From Syntrophales bacterium (GTDB taxonomy: Bacteria; Desulfobacterota; Syntrophia; Syntrophales; UBA2210), in the NCBI GenBank assembly GCA_963666365.2, contig CAXXNF010000002.1:800001-864000 (forward strand): 64,000 nucleotides of DNA. Reading direction: 5' to 3'. Positions 10,106 through 20,659 of this stretch are shown here, piece after piece; position 1 is the first letter of the stretch; every line of letters starts with the position of its first letter. A program made the translations under genes and the position numbers. The notes beneath the pieces are model-generated. The model worked only from the letters and a program-made list of their open reading frames with translations, searched no databases and was not told the DNA's origin.

Positions 10106-11587
10106 TTACCCGCCGAATGCCGCTTTTGCCGCCATTTTGGCAAGTGTGAGAAATACGCCGGGAAAGACAAAGAGCACAAAAGAAACCACGGCGGTGACAA
10201 CAGGCGGCAGGACCGCGAAAAAAGGCGCTTCGTTCATTTTCGTTGCTTCATTGAAACGCTCTCCCCGCGAAAAAAAGGCGTTGTAGGTTATGGGAAGAAA
10301 ATAGGCGGCGTTTAAAAGCGAACTGGTAAGAATCACCACCAGTATTGGCAGTTGATGCGCATCAATGCATCCAAGTGCGAGATACCACTTGCTGAGAAAA
10401 CCGCCGAATGGCGGTATCCCGATGACACTGAGAGAACCGAGAAAGAACGCGGCCATCGTGATCGGCATCATTCTGCCGATTCCTTTCATCTCACTTATTT
10501 TTTTCAACCCGGTATGAACAATAATGGCGCCGGCGCAGAAAAAGAGTGTGATCTTTCCGAAAGCGTGCATCGCAATGTGTATCACGCCGCCGGTCATACC
10601 GATTACACTCAGCAGTCCTCCTCCCATGATAATATACGACAACTGACTGACCGTCGAATAGGCAAGTCTGGCCTTGAGGTCGTCCTGACGAAGCGCAAAA
10701 AGAGAACCCACAATAATGGTCACCGATATGAGATAAAGCAAACACACATCAAGAGAAAGACTGTGCATCAAATCAATGCCATAAATATTGAAACATATCC
10801 GCAACACGGAAAAAACACCCACCTTTACCACTGCAACGGCGTGGAGCAGGGCACTGACCGGCGTGGGGGCAACCATGGCGGAAGGAAGCCATGAGTGAAT
10901 TGGCATGATTGCCGCCTTGCCGATTCCGAAAATAAAGAGGAAAAACACCACGGTCAGAATCATATTCCCGCCTTTGCCGGCCATGATGCCCTGATCGGCA
11001 AAATCGAGCGTTCCGGTAAGGTAATAGGTGATGATCATTGCGGGCAGGAAGAAGGCAATCGACGTTCCCATAAGATAGGTCAGATATTTTCTTCCCGCAT
11101 ACCGGGCTTCTTTATCCTGATGGTGGGTCACCAGTGAATAGGTAGACAGGGACAGCATCTCGTAAAACAGGTACAGCGTGAGGAGATTGGCGGAAAAGGC
11201 CACCCCGATTGCAGATGAAAGAGCCAGGCAAAAAAAAGTAAAATATCTGGTCTGTGAGTGTTCTTTCAGAGGACGCATATATCCGATTGAATAAAGCGTC
11301 GTTACGATCCAGAGAGATGAGGCGACCAGTGCAAAGAGCATCCCCATTGCGTCTACTCGAAAGGCAATTCCCACGGACGGTATCACCTCGACAAGGGTGT
11401 AGACAATTATTTTACCCTCGAGAACAACAGGCAGCATCGACAGGATTATCCCGAATTTCACGAGAGCAATAAGAATACTTGTACATTCCCTCAAATTCGG
11501 TTTTTTCCCCGTAAGCACGATCAAAAGTGATCCAAAAAGAGAAACCGCAATCGCAAGCAGTGGCTTAATCGAGGTCAATATTTCCAT
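10106..11587 (-). CDS. Proton-conducting membrane transporter, MrpD/MrpA (NuoL/M-like) family
   Basis: About 14 TM helices; FYEMLS, KAAIMPIHSWLPSAMVAPTPVSALLH, LAYSTVSQ, HAFGK motifs; start MEILTS. Confidence 0.92.
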   Translation of the reverse strand: MEILTSIKPLLAIAVSLFGSLLIVLTGKKPNLRECTSILIALVKFGIILSMLPVVLEGKIIVYTLVEVIPSVGIAFRVDAMGMLFALVASSLWIVTTLYSIGYMRPLKEHSQTRYFTFFCLALSSAIGVAFSANLLTLYLFYEMLSLSTYSLVTHHQDKEARYAGRKYLTYLMGTSIAFFLPAMIITYYLTGTLDFADQGIMAGKGGNMILTVVFFLFIFGIGKAAIMPIHSWLPSAMVAPTPVSALLHAVAVVKVGVFSVLRICFNIYGIDLMHSLSLDVCLLYLISVTIIVGSLFALRQDDLKARLAYSTVSQLSYIIMGGGLLSVIGMTGGVIHIAMHAFGKITLFFCAGAIIVHTGLKKISEMKGIGRMMPITMAAFFLGSLSVIGIPPFGGFLSKWYLALGCIDAHQLPILVVILTSSLLNAAYFLPITYNAFFSRGERFNEATKMNEAPFFAVLPPVVTAVVSFVLFVFPGVFLTLAKMAAKAAFGG

Positions 11588-12236
11588 AGTTCCCCCCAAA
11601 ATAGTGATTTATATCATTAAAATCTTTATACCGAAGGCATTGTTTCCCCATTTTTACCAGGCTTGCATAGAGTACATCTTTTGCAAACACCAGGTCTGCA
11701 TCCTGGGCCGGGCAGATATCGGAATACCCATCGCCGATGTAAATTATTTCGTCATAGTTTCTGCGAAAGCGTCTCAGGAGAGAACGCTTGCAATTGCCGC
11801 ATCGGTTGCATTCGATATTTTTATGCGGAAATTCAATCGATATCGTTCCATCTTCATGGAAGCACATTTTATTTGCATAATATCTGATGTCGCGAAAAGC
11901 GTACTTCTTCAGCATCGCATCAATATAAAAATCCAGTCCGTCAGAAATAATTACAACGTCAAAGCAGTTGCCGACGGTGCACAAACGGTAAAAATCCGGG
12001 AAGAACGCATCGATGGTCCCCTGAGATTCTACATACCGCACCATTTCTTCTTTCGTCGCGCGATAGAGAGGCGCCGCCATGCGATAGGCTTCCTGTGATC
12101 CAAGAAGTCCCGCCTCATAGGCTCTGCTTATTGATTCCCACCCGTCTTCGGCCGCAAAATGCTTCAGTACCCGATACCCCATGTCCTTTGGGCTCACTGT
12201 ACCGTCGAAATCACAGGCGATCAGCTTTTTCCTCAT
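11565..12236 (-). CDS. MtnX-like HAD-IB family phosphatase
   Basis: CDFDGT motif I, ISDG, CNRCGNCK, IGDGYSD...ADLVFAK. Confidence 0.85.
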   Translation of the reverse strand: MRKKLIACDFDGTVSPKDMGYRVLKHFAAEDGWESISRAYEAGLLGSQEAYRMAAPLYRATKEEMVRYVESQGTIDAFFPDFYRLCTVGNCFDVVIISDGLDFYIDAMLKKYAFRDIRYYANKMCFHEDGTISIEFPHKNIECNRCGNCKRSLLRRFRRNYDEIIYIGDGYSDICPAQDADLVFAKDVLYASLVKMGKQCLRYKDFNDINHYFGGNYGNIDLD

Positions 12237-12597
12237 GTGATTCGCGACCCTGCCCTTCCTCATCCGCGTTCAGTGCTTTTTTGTGTTTTCTCACTTGATC
12301 CGCAATGAGGTAGGCGCCCAAAAGGATTAATAATCCTGGGAATATATAGGCAACTGCTTTTTCAAACTGATCATAAAAGTTTTTCACTACAAAGAAGAGT
12401 ACCCCGACGATACCGATAAACCATCCTCCGAGATCCTGCATTTTTCTTGCGAGCGTGGCAACAGCCACGACAATCAGCAAGATGGGCCAGCTCTTGGAAA
12501 AATCATAGGTACCCGTTGTATTCAAAATGATTAAAACCCCCAATGCGATGAGGATCAACGCACCGGTTATTTTCATCTTTTTTTCATGAACTTCCAC
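12211..12597 (-). CDS. Small four-TM membrane protein (LiaF/DUF5668-like)
   Basis: GALILIALG...WPILLI...PGLLILLG repeated pattern; start uncertain. Confidence 0.6.
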   Translation of the reverse strand: MEVHEKKMKITGALILIALGVLIILNTTGTYDFSKSWPILLIVVAVATLARKMQDLGGWFIGIVGVLFFVVKNFYDQFEKAVAYIFPGLLILLGAYLIADQVRKHKKALNADEEGQGRESHEEKADRL

Positions 12598-12717
12598 TGC
12601 TCCATTCCTCCACAGATTATTGATTTAACAACGCAATAGGGATTTAACGGTAGCTTTTCAATTCATACATTTATCGACCGCCTCAATGAAAGCAATCACG
12701 TGATGATGTGGTTCCCC

Positions 12718-13479
12718 TTATTCCGTACCGCCCTTACCTATCAATGATTGAAAGGGCTTGAAAAGATCAATTGGTATGGGGAAAAGCGTGGTTGAGTTGT
12801 TTTCCGCCGCCACCACAGTCAAGGTCTGAAGATATCGCAACTGCAATGCAATCGGCTGTTTCGCAATCAGGGCGCCTGCCTCTGCCAGCTTTTCCGCCGC
12901 CTGAAATTCCCCTTCGGCATTAATGACCTTTGCTCTTCGTTCCCTTTCGGCTTCAGCCTGTTTCGCCATGGCGCGCTGCATTTCTTGGGGAAGATCGATA
13001 TGCTTGACCTCGACGGTGGTCACTTTAATACCCCAGGGGTCGGTGCTTCTGTCCAGTATTTCCTGCAACTGAGCGTTAATCTTTTCCCTCTCCGACAGAA
13101 TTTCATCGAGCTCGACCTGTCCGCAGACACTTCGCAGTGTGGTCTGTGCCAGCTGAGATGTGGCATAAAGAAAATTTTCAACCTCTACAACAGCGGAATT
13201 GGCGGACATAACCCTGAAATAGATTACGGCGTTGACCTTGATGGACACATTATCGCGGGTGATTACATCCTGAGGAGGAACATCCATGGTGATGATTCTC
13301 ATGTCTATTTTAACCATGCGGTCGACAATGGGAATCAAGATTATAAGGCCCGGTCCCTTTGTATCGATAATTCTCCCAAGTCGGAAAATCACTCCCCGTT
13401 CGTACTCGTTGAGCACGCGTATAGCCGAGGCCAGAAACAATACAACCAGCACTATAATTATAATTGCAGGATATAACAT
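12718..13479 (-). CDS. SPFH/band-7 stomatin-like (slipin) protein
   Basis: [45 protein letters not shown]. Confidence 0.95.
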   Translation of the reverse strand: MLYPAIIIIVLVVLFLASAIRVLNEYERGVIFRLGRIIDTKGPGLIILIPIVDRMVKIDMRIITMDVPPQDVITRDNVSIKVNAVIYFRVMSANSAVVEVENFLYATSQLAQTTLRSVCGQVELDEILSEREKINAQLQEILDRSTDPWGIKVTTVEVKHIDLPQEMQRAMAKQAEAERERRAKVINAEGEFQAAEKLAEAGALIAKQPIALQLRYLQTLTVVAAENNSTTLFPIPIDLFKPFQSLIGKGGTE

Positions 13480-13566
13480 GGGCTCATTCCTCCTTTTTTA
13501 AAATTGTTCGCTTTTTTCTCTCACCCGTGATGGCGATGGAAACGACAGTCCTCCCTGCCCTGTCTG

Positions 13567-14871
13567 TTACAAAGGTTCGACCTCTACTTTAAGCCCTCTG
13601 ACGCCTGTTACGCGGACGGAAGCTCCTTTTTCGATGGGAACAGGACTCACGGCGTTCCAATATTCCCCCTTCACGAACACTCTTCCTTCCTCGTGTACGG
13701 GAGTAAGCGCTCTGCCTGTTTGACCGATCATCCCTTCTTCTCCCGTTGCGGGACGTCTCATCTGCGCCTTGACGGCAAGTGAAATGACAGTGACAAAGAA
13801 CGCGCTGATTACCACAACAGCCGGAATCATTACGCTGAATGACACGCGAAGATCGGGGATCGATGCGTCAAAAAGTAAGAGAGATCCGAGCACCAACGAA
13901 ACAATACCTGCTACCGTAAGCATGCCGTGACTCACCACTTTTATCTCCAGAATAAAAAGAATCACGGCGAAAAGTATCAACAGCACTCCCGCATAGTTCA
14001 CGGGCAGTGTCTGCATGGCGAAAAAGGCGAGAATAAGCGATATCCCGCCCACGACTCCCGGAAGCACCGCTCCCGGATTGGAAAACTCGAAATAAAGACC
14101 GGCAAGTCCTATCAGAAGCAGCAAATATGCTATATTCGGATTGCTCAATGTTGTCAATATTCTTTCCCGCAGTCCCATACTTTTTTCGTTGATGCGGATC
14201 TTTTTTGTGTCCAGTGTCAGGGGCCCGGAGGGAAGTATAATCGTTTTTCCGTCGATTTTTGCTAACAGATCTTCTACATTCTCGGCAACAAGATCGATCA
14301 CCTTCCTTTTGGCCGCCTCCTCGGCCGTGATGGACTCGCTTTTTCGTACGGCAAGTTCCGCCCATTCGACACTCCTTTGCCGTTTTTCAGCGATGCCGAC
14401 TGCGTAGGCTACCGCGTCGTTTTCCACTTTCTTCGCCATGGTCTCGTCCATCTTGCCGCCCAGACCGATTGCCACAGGATGGGCGGCGCCTATGTTGGTT
14501 CCCGGCGCCATGGCCGCAATGTGCGCGGCCATGGTGATCATGACGCCGGCAGAGGCGGCGCGCGCGCCGGAAGGATAGACGAACACGATTACCGGCACCG
14601 GCGCATTAAGAATCTTTTTTACAATGTTTCGCATTGAAGTATCGAGGCCTCCCGGGGTATCCAGAAGAATAATGATGCCTCCATCGCCAACAGGAACTTC
14701 GTCTATGCTCATTTCGATGTAGTCCGCTACCGCGGGGGTAATCGCCGCATCAATGGCAATGACATCATAAACGCCCCCTTCCGAAGCGTTGCTTTGTCGC
14801 ACCGTACATCCAATCCCGCAGAGTGTCAGGAAGACGAGAAATATTACAATACGCTTTAATGTGGCATTCAT
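13567..14871 (-). CDS. nfeD: NfeD family membrane-bound ClpP-class serine protease
   Basis: LDTPGG, ARAASAG, AMAPGTNIGAAHPV, TM bundle, C-terminal OB domain GEYWNA; adjacent to the stomatin gene. Confidence 0.93.
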   Translation of the reverse strand: MNATLKRIVIFLVFLTLCGIGCTVRQSNASEGGVYDVIAIDAAITPAVADYIEMSIDEVPVGDGGIIILLDTPGGLDTSMRNIVKKILNAPVPVIVFVYPSGARAASAGVMITMAAHIAAMAPGTNIGAAHPVAIGLGGKMDETMAKKVENDAVAYAVGIAEKRQRSVEWAELAVRKSESITAEEAAKRKVIDLVAENVEDLLAKIDGKTIILPSGPLTLDTKKIRINEKSMGLRERILTTLSNPNIAYLLLLIGLAGLYFEFSNPGAVLPGVVGGISLILAFFAMQTLPVNYAGVLLILFAVILFILEIKVVSHGMLTVAGIVSLVLGSLLLFDASIPDLRVSFSVMIPAVVVISAFFVTVISLAVKAQMRRPATGEEGMIGQTGRALTPVHEEGRVFVKGEYWNAVSPVPIEKGASVRVTGVRGLKVEVEPL

Positions 14872-14890
14872 TAATCCCCCACTTTCCCGA

Positions 14891-15637
14891 TCAGTCTCGA
14901 TCTTTTAAATACTTCATAATAATCTGCACATCGTCCCATACCTGTTTTTTCGCACCGGGATTCCGCAGCAGATATGCCGGATGATAGGTGGGCATGAGAT
15001 TAATTCCCTGATAGAAGTGAAACTTTCCCCTCAGTAAAGTAATGGGCACTTCTTTCCTGAGCAGGGTTTTTGCCGCAAAACTGCCGAGCGCGCATATTAC
15101 CTTTGGCGCCAATGCCTCCAGTTGTTTCTTAAGGAACGGCTCGCAGGCAGCTATCTCCTCAGGCCTGGGGTTTCTGTTCCCCGGCGGTCGACATTTGAGA
15201 ATGTTGCAAATATACACATCCTGACGAGTAAATCCCATCGCCTCGATAATTTTTGTCAAGAGCTGTCCGGCCCTTCCTACAAAGGGTTTCCCCTGCCTGT
15301 CCTCCTGTTCTCCCGGCGCTTCTCCCACAAACACCAAATCCGCATGGGGGTTTCCTTCACCAAAGACGATATTGTTTCTTCCCTGTGAGAGGCCGCAACG
15401 CCTGCAATTTCCCAGTTCATCCTGTATTGCGGTGAGGGAAAGCGTCGAATATGCCGGACTTATCTGAGATTCACCTTCAACCGGGCGGCGCGATACAGTA
15501 ATTTTCTCAGACTGAGGTGCATGATGCCTGTCCCCACCTATACAACATCCGCTCCCTTCCTCTTCTCGCAGTATCCGTTTCAGTGCCCCTGCGAGTTCGC
15601 ACAGTTCCCTTTGAGGATCATTTTCATTTTGAATCAT
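14891..15637 (-). CDS. Uracil-DNA glycosylase family 4 (Fe-S)
   Basis: CRRCGL, GEAPG, PFVGRAG, KCRPPGNR, YHPAYLLR. Confidence 0.93.
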   Translation of the reverse strand: MIQNENDPQRELCELAGALKRILREEEGSGCCIGGDRHHAPQSEKITVSRRPVEGESQISPAYSTLSLTAIQDELGNCRRCGLSQGRNNIVFGEGNPHADLVFVGEAPGEQEDRQGKPFVGRAGQLLTKIIEAMGFTRQDVYICNILKCRPPGNRNPRPEEIAACEPFLKKQLEALAPKVICALGSFAAKTLLRKEVPITLLRGKFHFYQGINLMPTYHPAYLLRNPGAKKQVWDDVQIIMKYLKDRD

Positions 15638-15644
15638 GAATCTG

Positions 15645-16868
15645 TCAAACCGTCATTTTTTGCAGAAGTGCGGATACTCTGTCCAGGATCGCATCGGCCA
15701 CGTCACCTTTCCCCATCATGGGCAGCCTTTCCATTGCACCGCTGCGGTCGATTAATGTAACAATGTTAGTGTCATGTTTAAATCCTGAGCCGGGCTCGCT
15801 GAGATCATTCGCAACGATGAGGTCCATGCACTTTTCAGTCATTTTTTTCTTTGCGTTTTCTATAAGATCGTCCGTCTCCATGGCGAAACCGACCACAATT
15901 TTATTCCCCTTCCCCTTTCCTATTTCAGCGATGATATCAGGGTTTTTTTTCAGATCAACGCAAAGCGCGTCCTTTTCTTTTTTAATTTTTGACGGAGAAA
16001 ACCGTGCCGGACGATAATCCGACACCGCAGCGGCCTTGACAACCACGTCGGCCTTGTCTAAATTTTCCATCACCGCCTGGTGCATCTGAAGGGCACTCTC
16101 TATGGGTACCACCCTGACCCCCTGCGGCGGGACCATCGATGTCGGACCGCTCACGAGCGTGACATCCCCACCGCGGCGCCTGGCCATGACTGCGATGGCA
16201 TACCCCATTTTACCAGATGAATGATTCGTTATAAAACGCACCGGATCAAGCGCCTCCTGTGTGGGTCCCGCCGTTACCAGTATGCGCACCCCTTGAAGAT
16301 CTTTCTTTGTGAAAATTGTCTCTACTTCCTCCAGTATATCTTCAAGCGGAGGAAGCCTCCCCGGTCCCTCGGTCTTACAGGCGAGACTGCCCGACGCAGC
16401 CTTCATGACATGATAGCCCAAGGAAGCCAACTTTTGTAAATTCGACTCAACTACGGGGTTCGTATACATGTTGGTGTTCATCGCGGGACAGAGCAGCACC
16501 GGCGATTTTACCGCAGTAACGACGGTAGTGAGAAGATCGTCGGCGATCCCTGAAGCAATTTTCCCGATCACGTTGGCCGTTGCAGGCGCGATGACCATGA
16601 TATCGGCCCACACGGCAAGTGCGATATGGTCGATTTCGCTTCGTGACGTCATCTGAAAAGTGTCAATATAGACAGGATTTTCACTTACCGTCTGCAAGGT
16701 TACGGGGGTAACAAACTGGCGTGCATTGTCGGTCATGACAACCTTGACTTTTGCCCCCTCCTTTGTCATCATCCGTACCAGTTCAGGTATTTTGTAGGCG
16801 GCAATTCCACCGGTAATGCCCAAAACGATATTACTGTCGCGCAACATGGCGGTAGTGACCCCTTTCAT
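15645..16868 (-). CDS. coaBC: Bifunctional phosphopantothenoylcysteine decarboxylase/ligase
   Basis: GGIAAYK, APATAN, PAMNTNM, TAGPTQE.DPVRFITNHSSGKMG, AAVSDY. Confidence 0.96.
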   Translation of the reverse strand: MKGVTTAMLRDSNIVLGITGGIAAYKIPELVRMMTKEGAKVKVVMTDNARQFVTPVTLQTVSENPVYIDTFQMTSRSEIDHIALAVWADIMVIAPATANVIGKIASGIADDLLTTVVTAVKSPVLLCPAMNTNMYTNPVVESNLQKLASLGYHVMKAASGSLACKTEGPGRLPPLEDILEEVETIFTKKDLQGVRILVTAGPTQEALDPVRFITNHSSGKMGYAIAVMARRRGGDVTLVSGPTSMVPPQGVRVVPIESALQMHQAVMENLDKADVVVKAAAVSDYRPARFSPSKIKKEKDALCVDLKKNPDIIAEIGKGKGNKIVVGFAMETDDLIENAKKKMTEKCMDLIVANDLSEPGSGFKHDTNIVTLIDRSGAMERLPMMGKGDVADAILDRVSALLQKMTV

Positions 16869-16890
16869 TCACTCTTATGACTGTATCCGC

Positions 16891-16919
16891 ACGATAACAG
16901 GTATTATGAGTGAGGTCAA
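16891..16919 (-). promoter_or_regulatory. Putative sigma70 promoter for the coaBC operon
   Basis: Minus strand TTGACC-N17-TATCGT. Confidence 0.5.
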
Positions 16920-16957
16920 CGGATTATAGATTTAATTCAATCTTAAGGCCTGTGGAC

Positions 16958-16985
16958 TTGCAAAATGGTTTAGGTTCCCTATAAT
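16958..16985 (+). promoter_or_regulatory. Putative sigma70 promoter for the M23 peptidase gene
   Basis: TTGCAA-N16-TATAAT; the -10 box overlaps the ORF-track ATG, favouring the ATG at 17017 with its AAGGA RBS. Confidence 0.55.
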
Positions 16986-17016
16986 GGGGGTACTTTGGAA
17001 AGGAAGGAACGGTACT

Positions 17017-18348
17017 ATGTTCAATTATTCACGCTGGACACTCCCGCTGGCAATACTTGTCGTAATTGTTGCAGGTCTATGGATGCTGCTTACCTATTTC
17101 GAAGGAGAAAAACCGTCGATACAACTGGGCCAGGAAATTGCCTTTATCGGTATGCGCACCGATCTTACCCTCACATGCAGCGATGCGCGACAGGGGCTGC
17201 GAACCATTCAGGCGCGACTGGTGCAGCAGGGGAGGAACTATCCCGTGGCGGATGTTGCCTTTCCCAAACGGGGTGTACACAATGCAACATCAGTGATTAC
17301 GATTGATCCCGGCGCGCTGAAGCTTAAAGAGGGGAAAGCGGACCTCGAAATTACCGCTATCGACTATTCTCTCAGAAAGAATCTTGCCACTCTGTCGCTC
17401 CCGGTCACAATTGACAGAACGCCCCCTCGAATATTTCCTGTGAGCTCCTCTCACTACATAAATCCCGGCGGTTCCTGTCTCACGGTCTACCGTCTTTCCG
17501 AATCCGTCGCAGAAAACGGCGTCCTGGTGAATGAAACATTTTTTCCCGCCTACAAGGTCAGCGATGATGAATCACCCCTTTTCGCCGTTCTTTTTGCCTT
17601 GCCGCCGCATCAACCGGAAAAAACCATAAAAATAGGCATCTTCGCCCGTGACTTTGCCGGAAATGAAATGTTTTCCTCAATTCCCCATCATATTCGCGTC
17701 AAAAAATTCAGGAAAGATACCATGCGCATAGGAAAATCGTTTCTGGAGAACAAGATGCCCGAATTTCGTCATCTCTGTCCCGCCTTGAAGGACGATGCGT
17801 CACTGCTGGACCTGTTTGTCTACGTAAACGAGACACTGCGTAAAAAAAACCTGGAAGAGGTCATCGGCATCTGTGCAAGGAGTCGCTCTCAACAGCTCTG
17901 GAAAGAACCGTTTCTCAGGATGAGCAATGCAGCCACCATGGCGACATTCGGCGACAAAAGAATCTATGTCTTCGAAGGCAAAAAAATCAGCAGCAGCACT
18001 CATCTCGGCATCGATCTCGCGTCCACGGTCAATGCAACAATCGAAGCGTCGAACAGCGGGATTGTCGTCTATTGCGGGAACATAGGCATATATGGCAATA
18101 CGGTCATCATCGACCACGGTCTCGGACTCTTCAGTTTTTATGCCCACCTGTCGTTGGTCAGCGTTGAAAAGGGTGTGTCCGTTACCAGGGGCCAGCCCAT
18201 CGGAAAATCGGGCACGTCGGGCCTTGCCGGCGGCGACCACCTCCATTTTGGTATTTTCGTCGGCAAGAGTTTCGTCAACCCTCAGGAATGGTGGGATCCC
18301 CACTGGATAGAGGACAACATCACAAAAAAGATCGACCTCGCGCCATAA
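17017..18348 (+). CDS. M23 family metallopeptidase
   Basis: N-terminal TM; HLGID, YGNTVIIDHG, HLH Zn motifs. Confidence 0.9.
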   Translation: MFNYSRWTLPLAILVVIVAGLWMLLTYFEGEKPSIQLGQEIAFIGMRTDLTLTCSDARQGLRTIQARLVQQGRNYPVADVAFPKRGVHNATSVITIDPGALKLKEGKADLEITAIDYSLRKNLATLSLPVTIDRTPPRIFPVSSSHYINPGGSCLTVYRLSESVAENGVLVNETFFPAYKVSDDESPLFAVLFALPPHQPEKTIKIGIFARDFAGNEMFSSIPHHIRVKKFRKDTMRIGKSFLENKMPEFRHLCPALKDDASLLDLFVYVNETLRKKNLEEVIGICARSRSQQLWKEPFLRMSNAATMATFGDKRIYVFEGKKISSSTHLGIDLASTVNATIEASNSGIVVYCGNIGIYGNTVIIDHGLGLFSFYAHLSLVSVEKGVSVTRGQPIGKSGTSGLAGGDHLHFGIFVGKSFVNPQEWWDPHWIEDNITKKIDLAP

Positions 18349-18367
18349 ATAACAATAACAGATTCAT

Positions 18368-19234
18368 TCAACCCTTGTTCACATCGCGATGGTTTATATT
18401 GATGGCATATGATTTTCCGGAAAAAAAATGTGCCAGGTGATTCGCGATGACCACCGATCGGTGTTTTCCGCCGGTGCAGCCGATTCCGATTGTAAGATAG
18501 GCCTTCCCTTCTTTTTCGAAAAGAGGAACAAGAAAGGACATCATTTCAAATAGCACGCGGAGAAACTGCCGCGACTCTTCCCATTTCAGGACATAGGCGT
18601 CCACCGTCTCGTCATTGCCTGTATAATTTTTCAGATCCTGCACAAAATAGGGGTTTGGGAGAAACCTGACATCAAACACAATATCCGCATCCGGAGGCAG
18701 GCCGTAGCGATAACCGAAGGAAGTCACATTGATCGTCATTCTCTTCCCCTCAAGGGGGTTGAGGTAATATTTTTGCACGATCTCCTTCAGCTCATGCACA
18801 TTAAAGAAGGAGGTATCGATCACGTTATTGGCCATTTCCTTTATTTTGGCCAACTGCTCCCGTTCAAGGGCGATGCTTTCCAGAACAGTCCTCTTCTCCG
18901 ACAGGGGATGGGAGCGCCGTGTTTCACTAAATCGATGAAGAAGAGAATCCTCGCGCGCATCAAGAAAAAGTATCTCTATATTGTAGTTCTTTTTTTTCAC
19001 CCTATTGATGATTTCGACAAATTTATCGAGAAAGTTCTTTTCTCGAAGATCCATTACCAGTGCCACCTTTGAAATCTCTCCCGCTACCTCTACCTGAATT
19101 TCCAAAAACTTCGGCAGAAGCAATATGGGCAGATTATCGACACAGAAAAAACCGATGTCTTCCAATGCGCGAAGGGCAGTGCTTTTCCCCGAACCTGAAA
19201 TTCCTGTTATGATGACCACACGGACATTCTTCAT
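18368..19234 (-). CDS. rapZ: RNase adapter RapZ
   Basis: [32 protein letters not shown]. Confidence 0.95.
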   Translation of the reverse strand: MKNVRVVIITGISGSGKSTALRALEDIGFFCVDNLPILLLPKFLEIQVEVAGEISKVALVMDLREKNFLDKFVEIINRVKKKNYNIEILFLDAREDSLLHRFSETRRSHPLSEKRTVLESIALEREQLAKIKEMANNVIDTSFFNVHELKEIVQKYYLNPLEGKRMTINVTSFGYRYGLPPDADIVFDVRFLPNPYFVQDLKNYTGNDETVDAYVLKWEESRQFLRVLFEMMSFLVPLFEKEGKAYLTIGIGCTGGKHRSVVIANHLAHFFSGKSYAININHRDVNKG

Positions 19235-20166
19235 CGTTCACTTCCCATACCTTTCCAATGGGGATGATCAGCTGATTCCATTTTCCCTCCGCCGGAGGCC
19301 AAGAGCTCTCTTCGCGCAACGATTTCCACAATTGTCGCCATATTGCCGCCTGTTCTCACGGGCACGCGGATACAGGGGACATCAACATCGAGAATGCGGC
19401 ATGTATACTGATCCAATGCAATCCGGTTCATTTCGGCGCCATTGTCCCATCTGATCAACTCGACCACTACCCGCACCGATGTTTCACCGATGACGGCAAC
19501 AACGCCGAAGAGCTCTTTCACGTTTATGATGCCGAGCCCCCGAATCTCCATTAAATGTGCAATGGATGCAGGACTGCGCCCCGTGAGCCCGCTTTCCCGA
19601 TTCCCATGAAATTCCACGAGATCGTCGGCAATCAACTTATGCCCCCGCACCACAAGCTCAAGCCCGCATTCGCTCTTTCCGATTCCGCTTTCTCCCGTAA
19701 TTAATACCCCTATCCCAAAGACCTCCACCAGCACGCCGTGGAGTTCCCTGACGCATTCTATTTTTTCCCTCAGGTACGCCATAAGACGGCTTTTGATATA
19801 GAAGGGGTCTCGATCGGATTGGATGAGGGGAACCGCATGGGCATCCGCGAATTCATTCAAAAGAAACGGCGTCCTCTCGGCCTGCGCCCATATGATGAGA
19901 GGACTTTCACTGGCTTTTGCTATATCGATAATTTTGAAGTATTCTTCGGAGTGCTGCGCCGCACCGCTCTCGTCTTTTGAGGACGCGACTACAAGAATTA
20001 CATGTTTGGAAATTGCTGGGTCAAGGACAGCCGCCTCATCAGGATATACAAGAATCGACGCACCGGGGATGCTCCGCCCCTCCAACCCCTGCATTCCCCC
20101 CTGCACTTCAAATCCAAGGGCCCTTACGCCGTACTCGATCAGACTGCCTGTGGAGAGTGGCTTCAT
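19231..20166 (-). CDS. hprK: HPr kinase/phosphorylase
   Basis: [28 protein letters not shown]-terminal domain divergent. Confidence 0.9.
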   Translation of the reverse strand: MKPLSTGSLIEYGVRALGFEVQGGMQGLEGRSIPGASILVYPDEAAVLDPAISKHVILVVASSKDESGAAQHSEEYFKIIDIAKASESPLIIWAQAERTPFLLNEFADAHAVPLIQSDRDPFYIKSRLMAYLREKIECVRELHGVLVEVFGIGVLITGESGIGKSECGLELVVRGHKLIADDLVEFHGNRESGLTGRSPASIAHLMEIRGLGIINVKELFGVVAVIGETSVRVVVELIRWDNGAEMNRIALDQYTCRILDVDVPCIRVPVRTGGNMATIVEIVARRELLASGGGKMESADHPHWKGMGSER

Positions 20167-20170
20167 CTGT

Positions 20171-20641
20171 TTATGGCTTCATTGTGTCCTTTTTTACAAT
20201 GAGATCGTATATATCTCCCGTTGACTGCGCTTTCATGAGCTCACTTCTAAAATCCACATCCTTCAGCATTCGTGAAATTTTAGCCAGGGCCTTAAGATGC
20301 TGTCCAGCAGAATTTTCAGGCGCCATAAGAAGAAAAAATATATTGACCGGCTTCCCGTCCAGGGAATCAAACTCCACCCCACTGTGACTTCGCCCGAAGG
20401 AAACAATAAGACGATCGAGACCGGCCAACTTTCCATGGGGAATGGCTATCCCCTCTCCGATTCCCGTACTTCCCAGCTTTTCCCGTTCGAGGAGCACTTC
20501 TACCATGGCATCGCTGTCAACATTGATGTTGGCGTTGGCGCGTGCGAAAACCTCGGATAACTCAACGAGCACTTCCCGCTTCGACTTGGATTTTAATTGA
20601 TCTATTACAAATTTTTCTTCCAGCAGTTCGGTAATATTCAT
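20171..20641 (-). CDS. ptsN: PTS IIA-like nitrogen regulatory protein
   Basis: REKLGSTGIGEGIAIPH motif; position in the rpoN cluster. Confidence 0.92.
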   Translation of the reverse strand: MNITELLEEKFVIDQLKSKSKREVLVELSEVFARANANINVDSDAMVEVLLEREKLGSTGIGEGIAIPHGKLAGLDRLIVSFGRSHSGVEFDSLDGKPVNIFFLLMAPENSAGQHLKALAKISRMLKDVDFRSELMKAQSTGDIYDLIVKKDTMKP

Positions 20642-20659
20642 TCCTTCGCACCATGCGCG

